NCBI GenBank assembly: GCA_041649655.1
Contig: JBAZMO010000002.1
Span: forward strand, 1 to 40,157
Length of the DNA: 40,157 nucleotides
Direction: 5' to 3'
Source: Patescibacteria group bacterium
Lineage (GTDB): Bacteria > Patescibacteriota > Patescibacteriia > 2-01-FULL-39-33
Under the pieces are notes generated by a model, which did no database searches, was not told the origin of the DNA, and was given only the letters and a program-made list of their open reading frames with translations. The translations under genes were made by a program, and so were the position numbers. This document shows positions 9,382-18,727 of the stretch, piece after piece (position 1 is the first letter of the stretch; every line of letters begins with the position of its first letter).

Positions 9382-10419
9382 GTGTTTAAAAAATTTTTCG
9401 GCAAATTCAATAAGGGCTTGGGCATCGACCTGGGCAGCTGCAATACCCTGGTTTTCCAGCAGGATCGGGGTATTGTTATTAATGAGTCCTCGGTCGTGGC
9501 GATTAATAACCGCACCGACCAGATTTTGGCGATCGGCGATGAGGCCCGGCGGATGCTGGGCAAGACCCCGCCGCATATCACCGCCACTAAGCCGCTGGAA
9601 TTCGGCATTATTTCCGATTTCGAGGTGACGGAAAAAATCCTCAAGTATTTCATCAATAAGGTTAAATTGAGCAAGCTGTCTTTTTCCGCCATGCCGCGAG
9701 TCATTGTCGGCGTGCCGCTGGACGTCACGGCGGTGGAGAAGAAGGCGGTGGAAGATGTCCTGTTGGCCGCCGGCGCCAGCGAAGTCGGCCTGGTGGAGAA
9801 TATTATGGCGACGGCGATCGGCGCTCGGATTCCCATTCAAGATCCGACCGGCTCGATGGTGGTTAATCTGGGCGGCGGATTGACTGAGGTCGCTGTCATT
9901 TCTTTGGACGGCATCGTCAATTGGAAAAGCTCGCGCGTGGCCGGCTTAGCCATGGATCGGGATATCATTAATTTCGCTCGCGATGAATTCTCTTTGGTTT
10001 TGGGAGAAATGGTGGCCGAGGATATCAAGAAAAAAATCGGTTCGGCTTCGCCGTTGCCGGAAGCATTGGAAATGCCGATGCGCGGCCGGGATATTCTGAC
10101 CGGTCTGCCCAAGGAGGTCAGGATCAATGACGCCCAGGTTCGAGAGGCCTTGGAAAAATCAGTCGCTAAAATCATCGACACAATCAAGGCCACTTTAGAA
10201 ACAACCCCGCCGGAATTGGTTTCTGATATTTATCAGAAAGGAATCTATTTGACCGGCGGCGGCGCTCAGCTGAAGGGCTTGGACATTCTGGTTTCCAGGG
10301 CCATTGAGATTCCCGTGCATGTGGCCGATGATCCGCAGACCTGCGCGGTCCGCGGCTTGGGCTTCTTATTGGATGACACTTTATTGCTTAAAGATATCGT
10401 TTTGCCGACTTCGCAGTAA
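9382..10419 (+). CDS. mreB: rod shape-determining actin homologue MreB
   Basis: GIDLGSCNTLV phosphate-1 motif, GGG(L)TEVAVIS, YLTGGGAQLKGLD. GTG start. Confidence 0.92.
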   Translation: MFKKFFGKFNKGLGIDLGSCNTLVFQQDRGIVINESSVVAINNRTDQILAIGDEARRMLGKTPPHITATKPLEFGIISDFEVTEKILKYFINKVKLSKLSFSAMPRVIVGVPLDVTAVEKKAVEDVLLAAGASEVGLVENIMATAIGARIPIQDPTGSMVVNLGGGLTEVAVISLDGIVNWKSSRVAGLAMDRDIINFARDEFSLVLGEMVAEDIKKKIGSASPLPEALEMPMRGRDILTGLPKEVRINDAQVREALEKSVAKIIDTIKATLETTPPELVSDIYQKGIYLTGGGAQLKGLDILVSRAIEIPVHVADDPQTCAVRGLGFLLDDTLLLKDIVLPTSQ

Positions 10420-10428
10420 TTTTTTCAG

Positions 10429-11232
10429 TTGGCTATGTTTGACAAAATGATCAAATCATCGATTATCGGGCTAACGGCGATTCTTTTGGCCGTTTTTTTC
10501 CATTATATCGGCTGGTTGCGGCCGATCGAGGGCGTGATTGCGGCCGTTTTCAGCCCGGTTCAGCAATTAGCCGGAAGTATTTACGGCGGCGGGGCCGGCG
10601 TTTATGACTTTTGGCTGAAGAAACGCGACTTGATCAAGGAGAACGAATCGCTTCGGGCGGAATTAGTCGCAGCGGCGATCGATGCCTCGAGATTCAAGGC
10701 ATTGGAAGAAGAGAATGCGTTGTTGAAAAAAGAAATGAATTTCATCGATGAGAATGATTTCAAGTTCGTTGCCGCCAAGATCATTTCCGGAGTTTCTGAT
10801 CCCTTATCCCGGTCAGTTATCATCAATCGCGGCCGCCGGGACGGTTTGGAAAAGGGTTTGGCGGTGATCGCCGATAGCGGCATTTTAATCGGCAAGATCA
10901 GCGAAGTATCGGATGATTTTTCCAAAGTCGTGCTTTTGTCGGATAATCGAAGCCGGGTGGCGGCGACGATCCAGAATCTTGATCATACGGTCGGCCTGGT
11001 CGAAGGCCAATACGGCTTGTCGTTCTCAATGACCAATATCCCGCAGAATCAAGAAATCAGGGACGGCGATTTGGTCGTTACTTCCGGCTTGGAGGGAAAA
11101 ATACCTAAAAATCTTTTGATTGCCAAGGTGGCCGGCGTGCGTTCGGTGGAGAGTGAAATTTTTAAAACGGCCATTTTAACGCCGATTATCGCCTTGGACG
11201 GCTTAAGCGATGTTTTGGCGATTATTCCTTAA
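10429..11232 (+). CDS. mreC: rod shape-determining protein MreC
   Basis: Sits immediately after mreB. N-terminal TM, coiled coil (ENESLRAEL...ENALLKKE) and C-terminal beta domain (VVTSGLEGKIPKNLLIAKV). Alternative ATG at 10435. Confidence 0.8.
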   Translation: MAMFDKMIKSSIIGLTAILLAVFFHYIGWLRPIEGVIAAVFSPVQQLAGSIYGGGAGVYDFWLKKRDLIKENESLRAELVAAAIDASRFKALEEENALLKKEMNFIDENDFKFVAAKIISGVSDPLSRSVIINRGRRDGLEKGLAVIADSGILIGKISEVSDDFSKVVLLSDNRSRVAATIQNLDHTVGLVEGQYGLSFSMTNIPQNQEIRDGDLVVTSGLEGKIPKNLLIAKVAGVRSVESEIFKTAILTPIIALDGLSDVLAIIP

Positions 11233-11241
11233 ATTCTGCCG

Positions 11242-11754
11242 ATGAAAAATAAATCTTATATCGCTTTGGCGGTTGCCCTAGTTATCCTTCAATTAGTTGC
11301 CGGCAGCAGCATCAGCTTTTTTAACGGCCGGATCAATTTGGTTTTGGCGGTTTTGATTATCTTGGTGAACCTAGCTGATTTCCATTGGGTGGTTTTATTC
11401 GCGACGGCCTCCGGCTTGCTGCTGGATGTTTATTCCGGCTTGCCTTTCGGCTTGCTGGCCGGCTCTTTATTCCTGACCGCCTTGGCGCTGAAGCTGTTGT
11501 TTGATAATTTGTTTTCTAATTTTTCTTTTCATTCTTTATTATTGTTCGGCTTGATTGCCGTTTTATTGCATAATTTGTTTTTTGCCGGCTTGGTCGCTTC
11601 GGCTTATCTGCTCGGCTTCAGCGATTATTTTCCGCAGCGTGATTATTTTTATAAGGTGTTGTGGCAGATTGCCACGACGGAATTATTGATGGTTGGAGCT
11701 TATTATTTCATTAATTTTTGGTCGAAAAAATTCAAGCCGGTATTCATAACTTAA
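11242..11754 (+). CDS. mreD: rod shape-determining protein MreD
   Basis: 170-aa polytopic membrane protein in the canonical mreBCD position. Confidence 0.7.
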   Translation: MKNKSYIALAVALVILQLVAGSSISFFNGRINLVLAVLIILVNLADFHWVVLFATASGLLLDVYSGLPFGLLAGSLFLTALALKLLFDNLFSNFSFHSLLLFGLIAVLLHNLFFAGLVASAYLLGFSDYFPQRDYFYKVLWQIATTELLMVGAYYFINFWSKKFKPVFIT

Positions 11755-11760
11755 GCCGCC

Positions 11761-13677
11761 ATGGTTGATCCTTTTGCAAAACTTGAGCCGATCGCCCTGG
11801 ACCGGAAGAATTCCTTGGGTTGGGTGGAAGAGAGCTGCAATTTGTCAGGCGATTGCTCCAGCGGCATTCAAACCGGCTATTTGAGCTTGGCGCTCAGCCG
11901 CAGGAAGATCTTGGCTTTATTCTTGGCGATTATTGCGATCTTAGTCGTGCTTTTGGCCAAGAGTTTTTGGCTGCAGATCGTGGGCGGCGAGCGATATTTC
12001 GCTTTGGCTGAGAATAACCGCATCAAGATCGAATACGACAAAGCCCATCGCGGCGTGATTTTGGATCGCAATAATAAAGTCCTGGTCAATAATCTATTCG
12101 GCTTTTCGGTTTCGCTTTTGCCTTCCGATTTGCCCAAAGACGAGGCGGCTTTGGCGGCAGAGTTGGATCGCCTAGCCGCCATTATCAAGGTGCCGGCCGC
12201 GGAGATGGCCGAGCGCTTGGCCAAAGCCGATCAGAATTATTACCAGCCCGTCCAGTTGCGGGCCGGCATTCCTTATGACGCCGGCATGGAGATAAAGATT
12301 TTGGCCGAGGAACTGCCCGGCGTCGAGCTTAACGTCGATGCTTGGCGGCAATATCCGTTGGCTGAATCATTATCCCATGTCTTGGGTTATATCGGAAAAA
12401 TTGACGCCGATGAATACAGCCAGCTGTCAGATCGATATCTTTTGAATGACAATATCGGCAAAGCCGGCTTGGAGAAGCAATACGAGGCCAATCTTAAGGG
12501 CGTTCATGGCGAGGATCGGATCGAGGTCGACGCGCTTGGACGGAAGAAAAAAGTCGTTTCGCAATCCGATCCGATTCCGGGCGATAATATCGTCTTGGCG
12601 ATCGATGCTGAGTTGCAGGAAAAAGTTCATGATATTCTGAAAGATAAGATTCCCGCTGGCCGGGGCGTTGTCATCATCAGCAATCCGCAGACCGGCGAAA
12701 TATTGTCGCTGGTCGATTATCCTTCTTTCGACAATAATCTTTTTACCGGCGGCATCAATTCGGCCGAGTATGCCAAATTGCTGGCTGATCCAGATAATCC
12801 TTTATTCACTCGCTCGATTTTTGGCGAATATCCGTCCGGCTCGACGATTAAGCCGGTTTATGCCGCGGCCGCTTTGCAGGAAAAAATCATTACTAAGGAG
12901 ACCAAGGTCTTGTCAGTCGGCGGCATCAGCGTCGGCCAGTGGCGGTTTCCCGATTGGAAGGCCGGCGGCCACGGCTCGGTCAATGTGGTTTCGGCGATCG
13001 CTAATTCCGTCAATACGTTCTTTTACTATATCGGCGGCGGCTATGGCGACTTCCAGGGTTTGGGTTTGGATCGGCTGGTTGAATATCTTAAGATGTTCGG
13101 ACTGGGCAGCCGTACCGGCCTTGATTTGCCGGGTGAACGCAGCGGCTTCGTGCCGGATGCCAAATGGAAAGAAGATGCTAAGGATCAGGTTTGGTTTATC
13201 GGCGATACTTATCATCTGGCGATCGGCCAAGGCGATTTGCTGGTTACTCCGATGCAAGTTAACGGCTATTTGACGGCTGTGGCCAATGGCGGAAAGTTAT
13301 TCAAGCCGCGGCTGGCGCTTGAGGCGATCCGGCCTGACGGCGCCAAAGTGTCTTTTCTGCCGGAATTGATCCGGGGGGTGGCGATTGATCCCGTTAATTT
13401 GGCGATTGTCCGAGAGGGGATGCGCGAGGCAGTCGTTTCCGGCTCGGCTCGAAGCTTAAGCGCCCTGCCGGTGGCGGCGGCCGGCAAGACCGGCACGGCC
13501 CAATGGAATAGCTCCAAGCCCAACCATGCCTGGTTTATTGGCTTTGCCCCTTATGAAAAGCCGTCTTTTGCCATTACCATCCTAGTCGAGGAAGGAGGCG
13601 AGGGTTCATCGGTCGCCGCGCCGATTGCCAGGGATATCATGCAGTGGTGGTTTAAAGATCGGCTGGCCGCCCGTTAA
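11761..13677 (+). CDS. mrdA: penicillin-binding protein 2 (elongasome transpeptidase)
   Basis: N-terminal TM plus dimerisation domain. Transpeptidase motifs STIK (SxxK), SVN (SxN), KTGTA. Confidence 0.88.
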   Translation: MVDPFAKLEPIALDRKNSLGWVEESCNLSGDCSSGIQTGYLSLALSRRKILALFLAIIAILVVLLAKSFWLQIVGGERYFALAENNRIKIEYDKAHRGVILDRNNKVLVNNLFGFSVSLLPSDLPKDEAALAAELDRLAAIIKVPAAEMAERLAKADQNYYQPVQLRAGIPYDAGMEIKILAEELPGVELNVDAWRQYPLAESLSHVLGYIGKIDADEYSQLSDRYLLNDNIGKAGLEKQYEANLKGVHGEDRIEVDALGRKKKVVSQSDPIPGDNIVLAIDAELQEKVHDILKDKIPAGRGVVIISNPQTGEILSLVDYPSFDNNLFTGGINSAEYAKLLADPDNPLFTRSIFGEYPSGSTIKPVYAAAALQEKIITKETKVLSVGGISVGQWRFPDWKAGGHGSVNVVSAIANSVNTFFYYIGGGYGDFQGLGLDRLVEYLKMFGLGSRTGLDLPGERSGFVPDAKWKEDAKDQVWFIGDTYHLAIGQGDLLVTPMQVNGYLTAVANGGKLFKPRLALEAIRPDGAKVSFLPELIRGVAIDPVNLAIVREGMREAVVSGSARSLSALPVAAAGKTGTAQWNSSKPNHAWFIGFAPYEKPSFAITILVEEGGEGSSVAAPIARDIMQWWFKDRLAAR

Positions 13678-13733
13678 TTTTTTGCCGTATTCCTGGGGTT
13701 TTTCGTTGTTTTATCATTTATTGGTCCCAGGTG

Positions 13734-13762
13734 TTGACAGTTTTGCCGGCTTTTGCTATACT
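13734..13762 (+). promoter_or_regulatory. sigma70-type promoter upstream of greA
   Basis: TTGACA, 17 nt spacer, TATACT. Confidence 0.6.
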
Positions 13763-13833
13763 TATCTTATTATAAATTTCTCAAAAAAGCGCTTTGGCCG
13801 TTTTTTTGAATTGCATTAAATTTTACCAAAACC

Positions 13834-14292
13834 ATGAGTGATTCCTATATTTCCCCGGAAGGGTTGAAAAAAATAAAAGAAGAATTAGAAGTCCTAAAGA
13901 CCGCCGAACGGCCGGAGGTTATCGATCGCATTGCCAAGGCCAGGGATTTGGGCGACTTGTCGGAGAATGCCGAATATCATGATGCTCGCGAGAAGCAGAG
14001 CTTTATCGAAGGCCGGATCCAGGAGTTGGAAGCCATCATTAAGAACGCCGTCATTATTAAATCCAAGAAATCAGATATCGTGCAAATCGGTTCGACCGTT
14101 CACGCTTCTTGCGACAACGGCACGAAGGTCAAATACCAAATCGTCGGACAAAGCGAGGCCGATCCGGCTGAAGGCCGAATTTCTCATGAGTCGCCTTTGG
14201 GCAAGGCCTTTTTGGGCAAGAGCATCGGCCATGAATTCGAATTGAAGATTCCGGCCGGCGTCCTGAAATGCCAGATCGATAATATTGAATAG
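13834..14292 (+). CDS. greA: transcription elongation factor GreA
   Basis: 152 aa with a coiled-coil N-terminus carrying GDLSENAEYHDAREKQ. Confidence 0.9.
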   Translation: MSDSYISPEGLKKIKEELEVLKTAERPEVIDRIAKARDLGDLSENAEYHDAREKQSFIEGRIQELEAIIKNAVIIKSKKSDIVQIGSTVHASCDNGTKVKYQIVGQSEADPAEGRISHESPLGKAFLGKSIGHEFELKIPAGVLKCQIDNIE

Positions 14293-14475
14293 TGTTAATA
14301 ATATTGAGTAATCAACCAATGGGAGGGTCGGAAGATGGCTGGAGGATCTGGAGAGGGTTTTAGCGGTTTTTTTAGCGCTGAATAGCTAGCGGAAATAAAA
14401 GAAATTTAAAAAGCCATAGAACAGCTGTACTCAATTTTATTATTTTTTCTTAACAACAGTACGATTTAACCAAAC

Positions 14476-14505
14476 ACCGCTCTGGCAATAGCCAGAGCGG
14501 TTTTC
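14476..14505 (+). terminator. intrinsic terminator
   Basis: 11-bp stem accgctctggc/gccagagcggt followed by TTTTC. Confidence 0.75.
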
Positions 14506-14517
14506 TTAATTCAATGG

Positions 14518-14535
14518 TGTTTTTAGTTATCCACA
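14518..14535 (+). promoter_or_regulatory. conserved motif TGTTTTTAGTTATCCACA containing a perfect DnaA box (copy R1)
   Basis: TTATCCACA at 14527-14535, 9 nt upstream of a -35 TTGACA. The same 18-19-mer recurs at 14784 and 16251. Confidence 0.6.
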
Positions 14536-14544
14536 ACATTGGCC

Positions 14545-14572
14545 TTGACAAAATGATCTAGTGTGATATAAT
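14545..14572 (+). promoter_or_regulatory. consensus sigma70 promoter with extended -10
   Basis: TTGACA, 16 nt spacer, TGaTATAAT. Confidence 0.7.
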
Positions 14573-14578
14573 GAATTT

Positions 14579-14657
14579 AAGGGAATGTGTTCCGTTAATT
14601 ACGGAATCCTCGGTCTTCGCAGATAAAATCTCGGTTAATACCCGAGATTTTATTTTT
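14579..14657 (+). ncRNA. candidate ~80-nt leader or small RNA (promoter, hairpin, intrinsic terminator) upstream of a tRNA
   Basis: Lies between the consensus promoter and a 10-bp-stem terminator (aaaatctcgg/ccgagatttt plus ATTTTT, 14625-14657). Contains hairpin ttccg-ttaatta-cggaa. CCTCGG (14608) and TCTCGG (14629) can both pair with CCGAGA. Confidence 0.35.
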
Positions 14658-14682
14658 GTGTTAAAATTACTATGGTCTGACC

Positions 14683-14754
14683 GGGCCCGTAGTTTAGCGG
14701 TTAGAACACATTCTTGCGAAGACTGAGACGCCGGTTCGAATCCGGTCGGGTCCA
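14683..14754 (+). tRNA. tRNA, hand-folded anticodon GCG (Arg), atypical
   Basis: Cloverleaf: acceptor GGGCCCG/CGGGTCC, D stem GTTT/GAAC with a GG loop, anticodon loop TTGCGAA, T arm GCCGG-TTCGAAT-CCGGT, discriminator A. Carries G3:U70 and a U:C mismatch in the anticodon stem. Confidence 0.7.
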
Positions 14755-14783
14755 GACCCTAAGGGCATTCCGTTTCGGCGGAG

Positions 14784-14821
14784 TGTTTTTAGTTATCCAC
14801 AGCCGGCAGTTTGTTAGTTTG
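14784..14821 (+). promoter_or_regulatory. DnaA-box repeat unit R2 (TGTTTTTAGTTATCCACAG-N8-TTGTTAGTTTG)
   Basis: Perfect TTATCCACA at 14793-14801. The 19-nt and 11-nt blocks are identical to the unit at 16251-16287. Confidence 0.6.
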
Positions 14822-14838
14822 CGTTGGGGGGGTATAAT
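14811..14838 (+). promoter_or_regulatory. putative promoter with a G7 tract in the spacer
   Basis: TTGTTA, 16 nt spacer, TATAAT. The spacer ends in GGGGGGG (14826-14832). Confidence 0.45.
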
Positions 14839-14888
14839 TAAAGGTGAGAGATTCATTAACTCATTTTTATTTATTAACTAAAAAAAAT

Positions 14889-15506
14889 ATGTTTCAAAAA
14901 AAACAAGTTGCTGTTCAAACCAAAATGGTTTCCAGTACAAAATTAGTCAGCGTCACAGCGCTTTTGGTCGGAGTCGTTTTGGGCGGATTCGTGCTTAATA
15001 TGGCGGGAGCGGCGACTGTTTGCAGGGAAAATAGCTGTACAATCGTCAATAAAATAAACGTCGCTTCAAGGTCAATTCAGGATTATATTAATAGTCGGGC
15101 GAATGAGTCGGACTGGAATCTTGTTTATAGTCCTGATAGTAAAGATATGGCTAAATTAATTAAAGGTGTTGATAGCGGTCTTGAAACAAAGGTGGTTGTC
15201 ACTCAGCAAATTAATAATAGTATGGGTCAAAAATTGTCATACACTTGCAATAGTATAACTACAAGTCAAGCACCCAACAATAATGTAGTCACTTGTGACA
15301 CAGGAACTTTTTTAAACACAAAAGCATCGTCAGATGGCGTTTCTGCTTATAGTGTTTCCTCTTATCAATTCGCAACTAATCATAATGGCCTTTTAAATAT
15401 GATTACTTATGACAAGCTTGGTAAAGTAGTGGATATCATTAATATGGGTATGGGGCCTAAGGAAGCTGGTCAGGTTTATTTTATCAGATGGTATCAGAAA
15501 AAATAA
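14889..15506 (+). CDS. membrane-anchored/secreted hypothetical protein
   Basis: ATG at 14889 is preferred over the GTG at 14844, which overlaps the predicted TSS. N-terminal TM (LVSVTALLVGVVLGGFVL), a Ser/Thr/Asn-rich domain with 4 Cys, and AT-rich codon usage unlike the flanks. Confidence 0.6.
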   Translation: MFQKKQVAVQTKMVSSTKLVSVTALLVGVVLGGFVLNMAGAATVCRENSCTIVNKINVASRSIQDYINSRANESDWNLVYSPDSKDMAKLIKGVDSGLETKVVVTQQINNSMGQKLSYTCNSITTSQAPNNNVVTCDTGTFLNTKASSDGVSAYSVSSYQFATNHNGLLNMITYDKLGKVVDIINMGMGPKEAGQVYFIRWYQKK

Positions 15507-15519
15507 TTTGTTTTCATAC

Positions 15520-15551
15520 AAAAAATCCTGATCGAACGGTCAGGATTTTTA
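15520..15551 (+). terminator. intrinsic terminator
   Basis: Stem atcctga/tcaggat flanked by an A-run and TTTTATTGTTTT. Confidence 0.75.
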
Positions 15552-15566
15552 TTGTTTTAAATTAGT

Positions 15567-15575
15567 TGTGGATAA
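15567..15575 (-). promoter_or_regulatory. perfect DnaA box (TGTGGATAA on the plus strand)
   Basis: Lies 6 nt upstream of the -35 of the dinJ-yafQ promoter. Confidence 0.55.
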
Positions 15576-15581
15576 CTTATG

Positions 15582-15610
15582 TTGACATTGTATTGGCAAT
15601 GTAATACAAT
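15582..15610 (+). promoter_or_regulatory. sigma70 promoter of the toxin-antitoxin operon
   Basis: TTGACA, 17 nt spacer, TACAAT. Confidence 0.65.
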
Positions 15611-15635
15611 GAAAACAGCAAATAATTATAAAAAT

Positions 15636-15920
15636 ATGACTGAATTAGTTCAAGCTCGCGTTGATAAAAAAATTAAAAATAAAGCGACCAAGATATTTCA
15701 TAGTTTAGGGCTTGATATGAGTACGGGCATTAAGATTTATTTGAATAAGGTTGTTAGTGAACAGGGCGTGCCTTTCCAACTCTTGACGGAAAACGGATTT
15801 ACGGTTGAGCAGGAACAGAGTTTGTTGGACAGCATAGCTGAAATGAGGGCAGATTATAAATCCGGACGATTAAAGCCAGCTAAGAATTTTAGAGAGTTGC
15901 AAAAAGAATTGTTGGCATAA
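15636..15920 (+). CDS. dinJ: RelB/DinJ-family type II antitoxin
   Basis: The MTELVQARVDKKIKNKATKIFHSLGLDMSTGIKIYLNKVV ribbon-helix-helix pattern is typical of DinJ. The upstream ATGs (15579, 15609) overlap the promoter, so the start is set at 15636. Confidence 0.8.
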   Translation: MTELVQARVDKKIKNKATKIFHSLGLDMSTGIKIYLNKVVSEQGVPFQLLTENGFTVEQEQSLLDSIAEMRADYKSGRLKPAKNFRELQKELLA

Positions 15921-15923
15921 TTT

Positions 15924-16205
15924 ATGTCCTATACGATACGTCGTTCTAATAAATTCAAGCGGCAATACAGAAAATTGCAGAGATCAGGCAATATTAAGCT
16001 TGTTAAAGAATTAGATTGTATAATTGTTTTATTGGCTGGCGGTGAAATATTGCCCTTAAAGAATAATAATCATAGATTAATGGGAAATTTGAGGTTTCTT
16101 TATGAATGCCATATCGCCTCAAATTGGTTATTGGTCTATTGTTATGATCATGAAATTCTGTCATTAGAATTGATAGCGACCGGCTCGCATAGCGATTTGT
16201 TTTAA
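15924..16205 (+). CDS. yafQ: YafQ/RelE-family mRNA interferase toxin
   Basis: 93 aa, starting 3 nt after the antitoxin stop. Motifs KFKRQYRKL ... HRLMGNL ... ECHI..NWLLVY ... TGSHSDLF. Confidence 0.85.
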   Translation: MSYTIRRSNKFKRQYRKLQRSGNIKLVKELDCIIVLLAGGEILPLKNNNHRLMGNLRFLYECHIASNWLLVYCYDHEILSLELIATGSHSDLF

Positions 16206-16220
16206 AACTTGAATCAATTA

Positions 16221-16258
16221 AAAAAAAACACCGCTGGAATTATCCAATGGTGTTTTTA
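16221..16258 (+). terminator. imperfect hairpin terminator, possibly bidirectional (yafQ / gyrB)
   Basis: A8 run, stem aacaccgctgg/ccaatggtgtt (one mismatch, one G:U), then TTTTT. Confidence 0.5.
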
Positions 16259-16287
16259 GTTATCCACAGGATCAGCTTGTTAGTTTG
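16251..16287 (+). promoter_or_regulatory. DnaA-box repeat unit R3
   Basis: TGTTTTTAGTTATCCACAG-N7-TTGTTAGTTTG, with perfect TTATCCACA at 16260-16268. Direct repeat of 14784-14821. Confidence 0.6.
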
Positions 16288-16310
16288 TAATACAAAAAAT
16301 TAATTAAATG

Positions 16311-16353
16311 CAAGGGATTCCTCCACTTCGCCCTGCTTCGGTCGGAATGACAC
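16311..16353 (-). repeat. half-copy of a REP/MITE-like palindromic element (GTGTCATTCCGACCG...GTGGAGGAATCCCTTG)
   Basis: Begins 5 nt after the gyrB stop. In minus orientation it closely matches the left arm of the 25546-25665 element. Confidence 0.7.
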
Positions 16354-16357
16354 TGAA

Positions 16358-18535
<2,178 letters not shown>

Positions 18536-18559
18536 CGGTTAAATCAGTCAAATTCGGGG

Positions 18560-18568
18560 TTTTCCACA
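18560..18568 (+). promoter_or_regulatory. near-consensus DnaA box TTTTCCACA
   Basis: One mismatch to TTATCCACA. Adjacent to the AT-rich tract. Confidence 0.3.
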
Positions 18569-18727
18569 TCCTTATTTTAGCATTTTTTAGGGGCGGAGGC
18601 AAGAGGAAATCCGGCTTTATTTCCAGCATGGTTATTGACTTTTTGATTGAGCCATTGTAAGGTATTTTCAGTGGTTTTTAGAGCACCTTTAAAACATAAT
18701 AAGCAACCCGAAGGAGGAACAGGCCAT

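Noticed and set aside
14844-14888. Track-listed upstream starts (GTG 14844, ATG 15579, non-ATG 18647)
   Set aside because: They overlap predicted promoters or TSS, or lack an RBS, while downstream ATGs fit better. In particular 18728 has an AAGGAGG SD, and 15579 and 15609 overlap the -35/-10 of the TA promoter.
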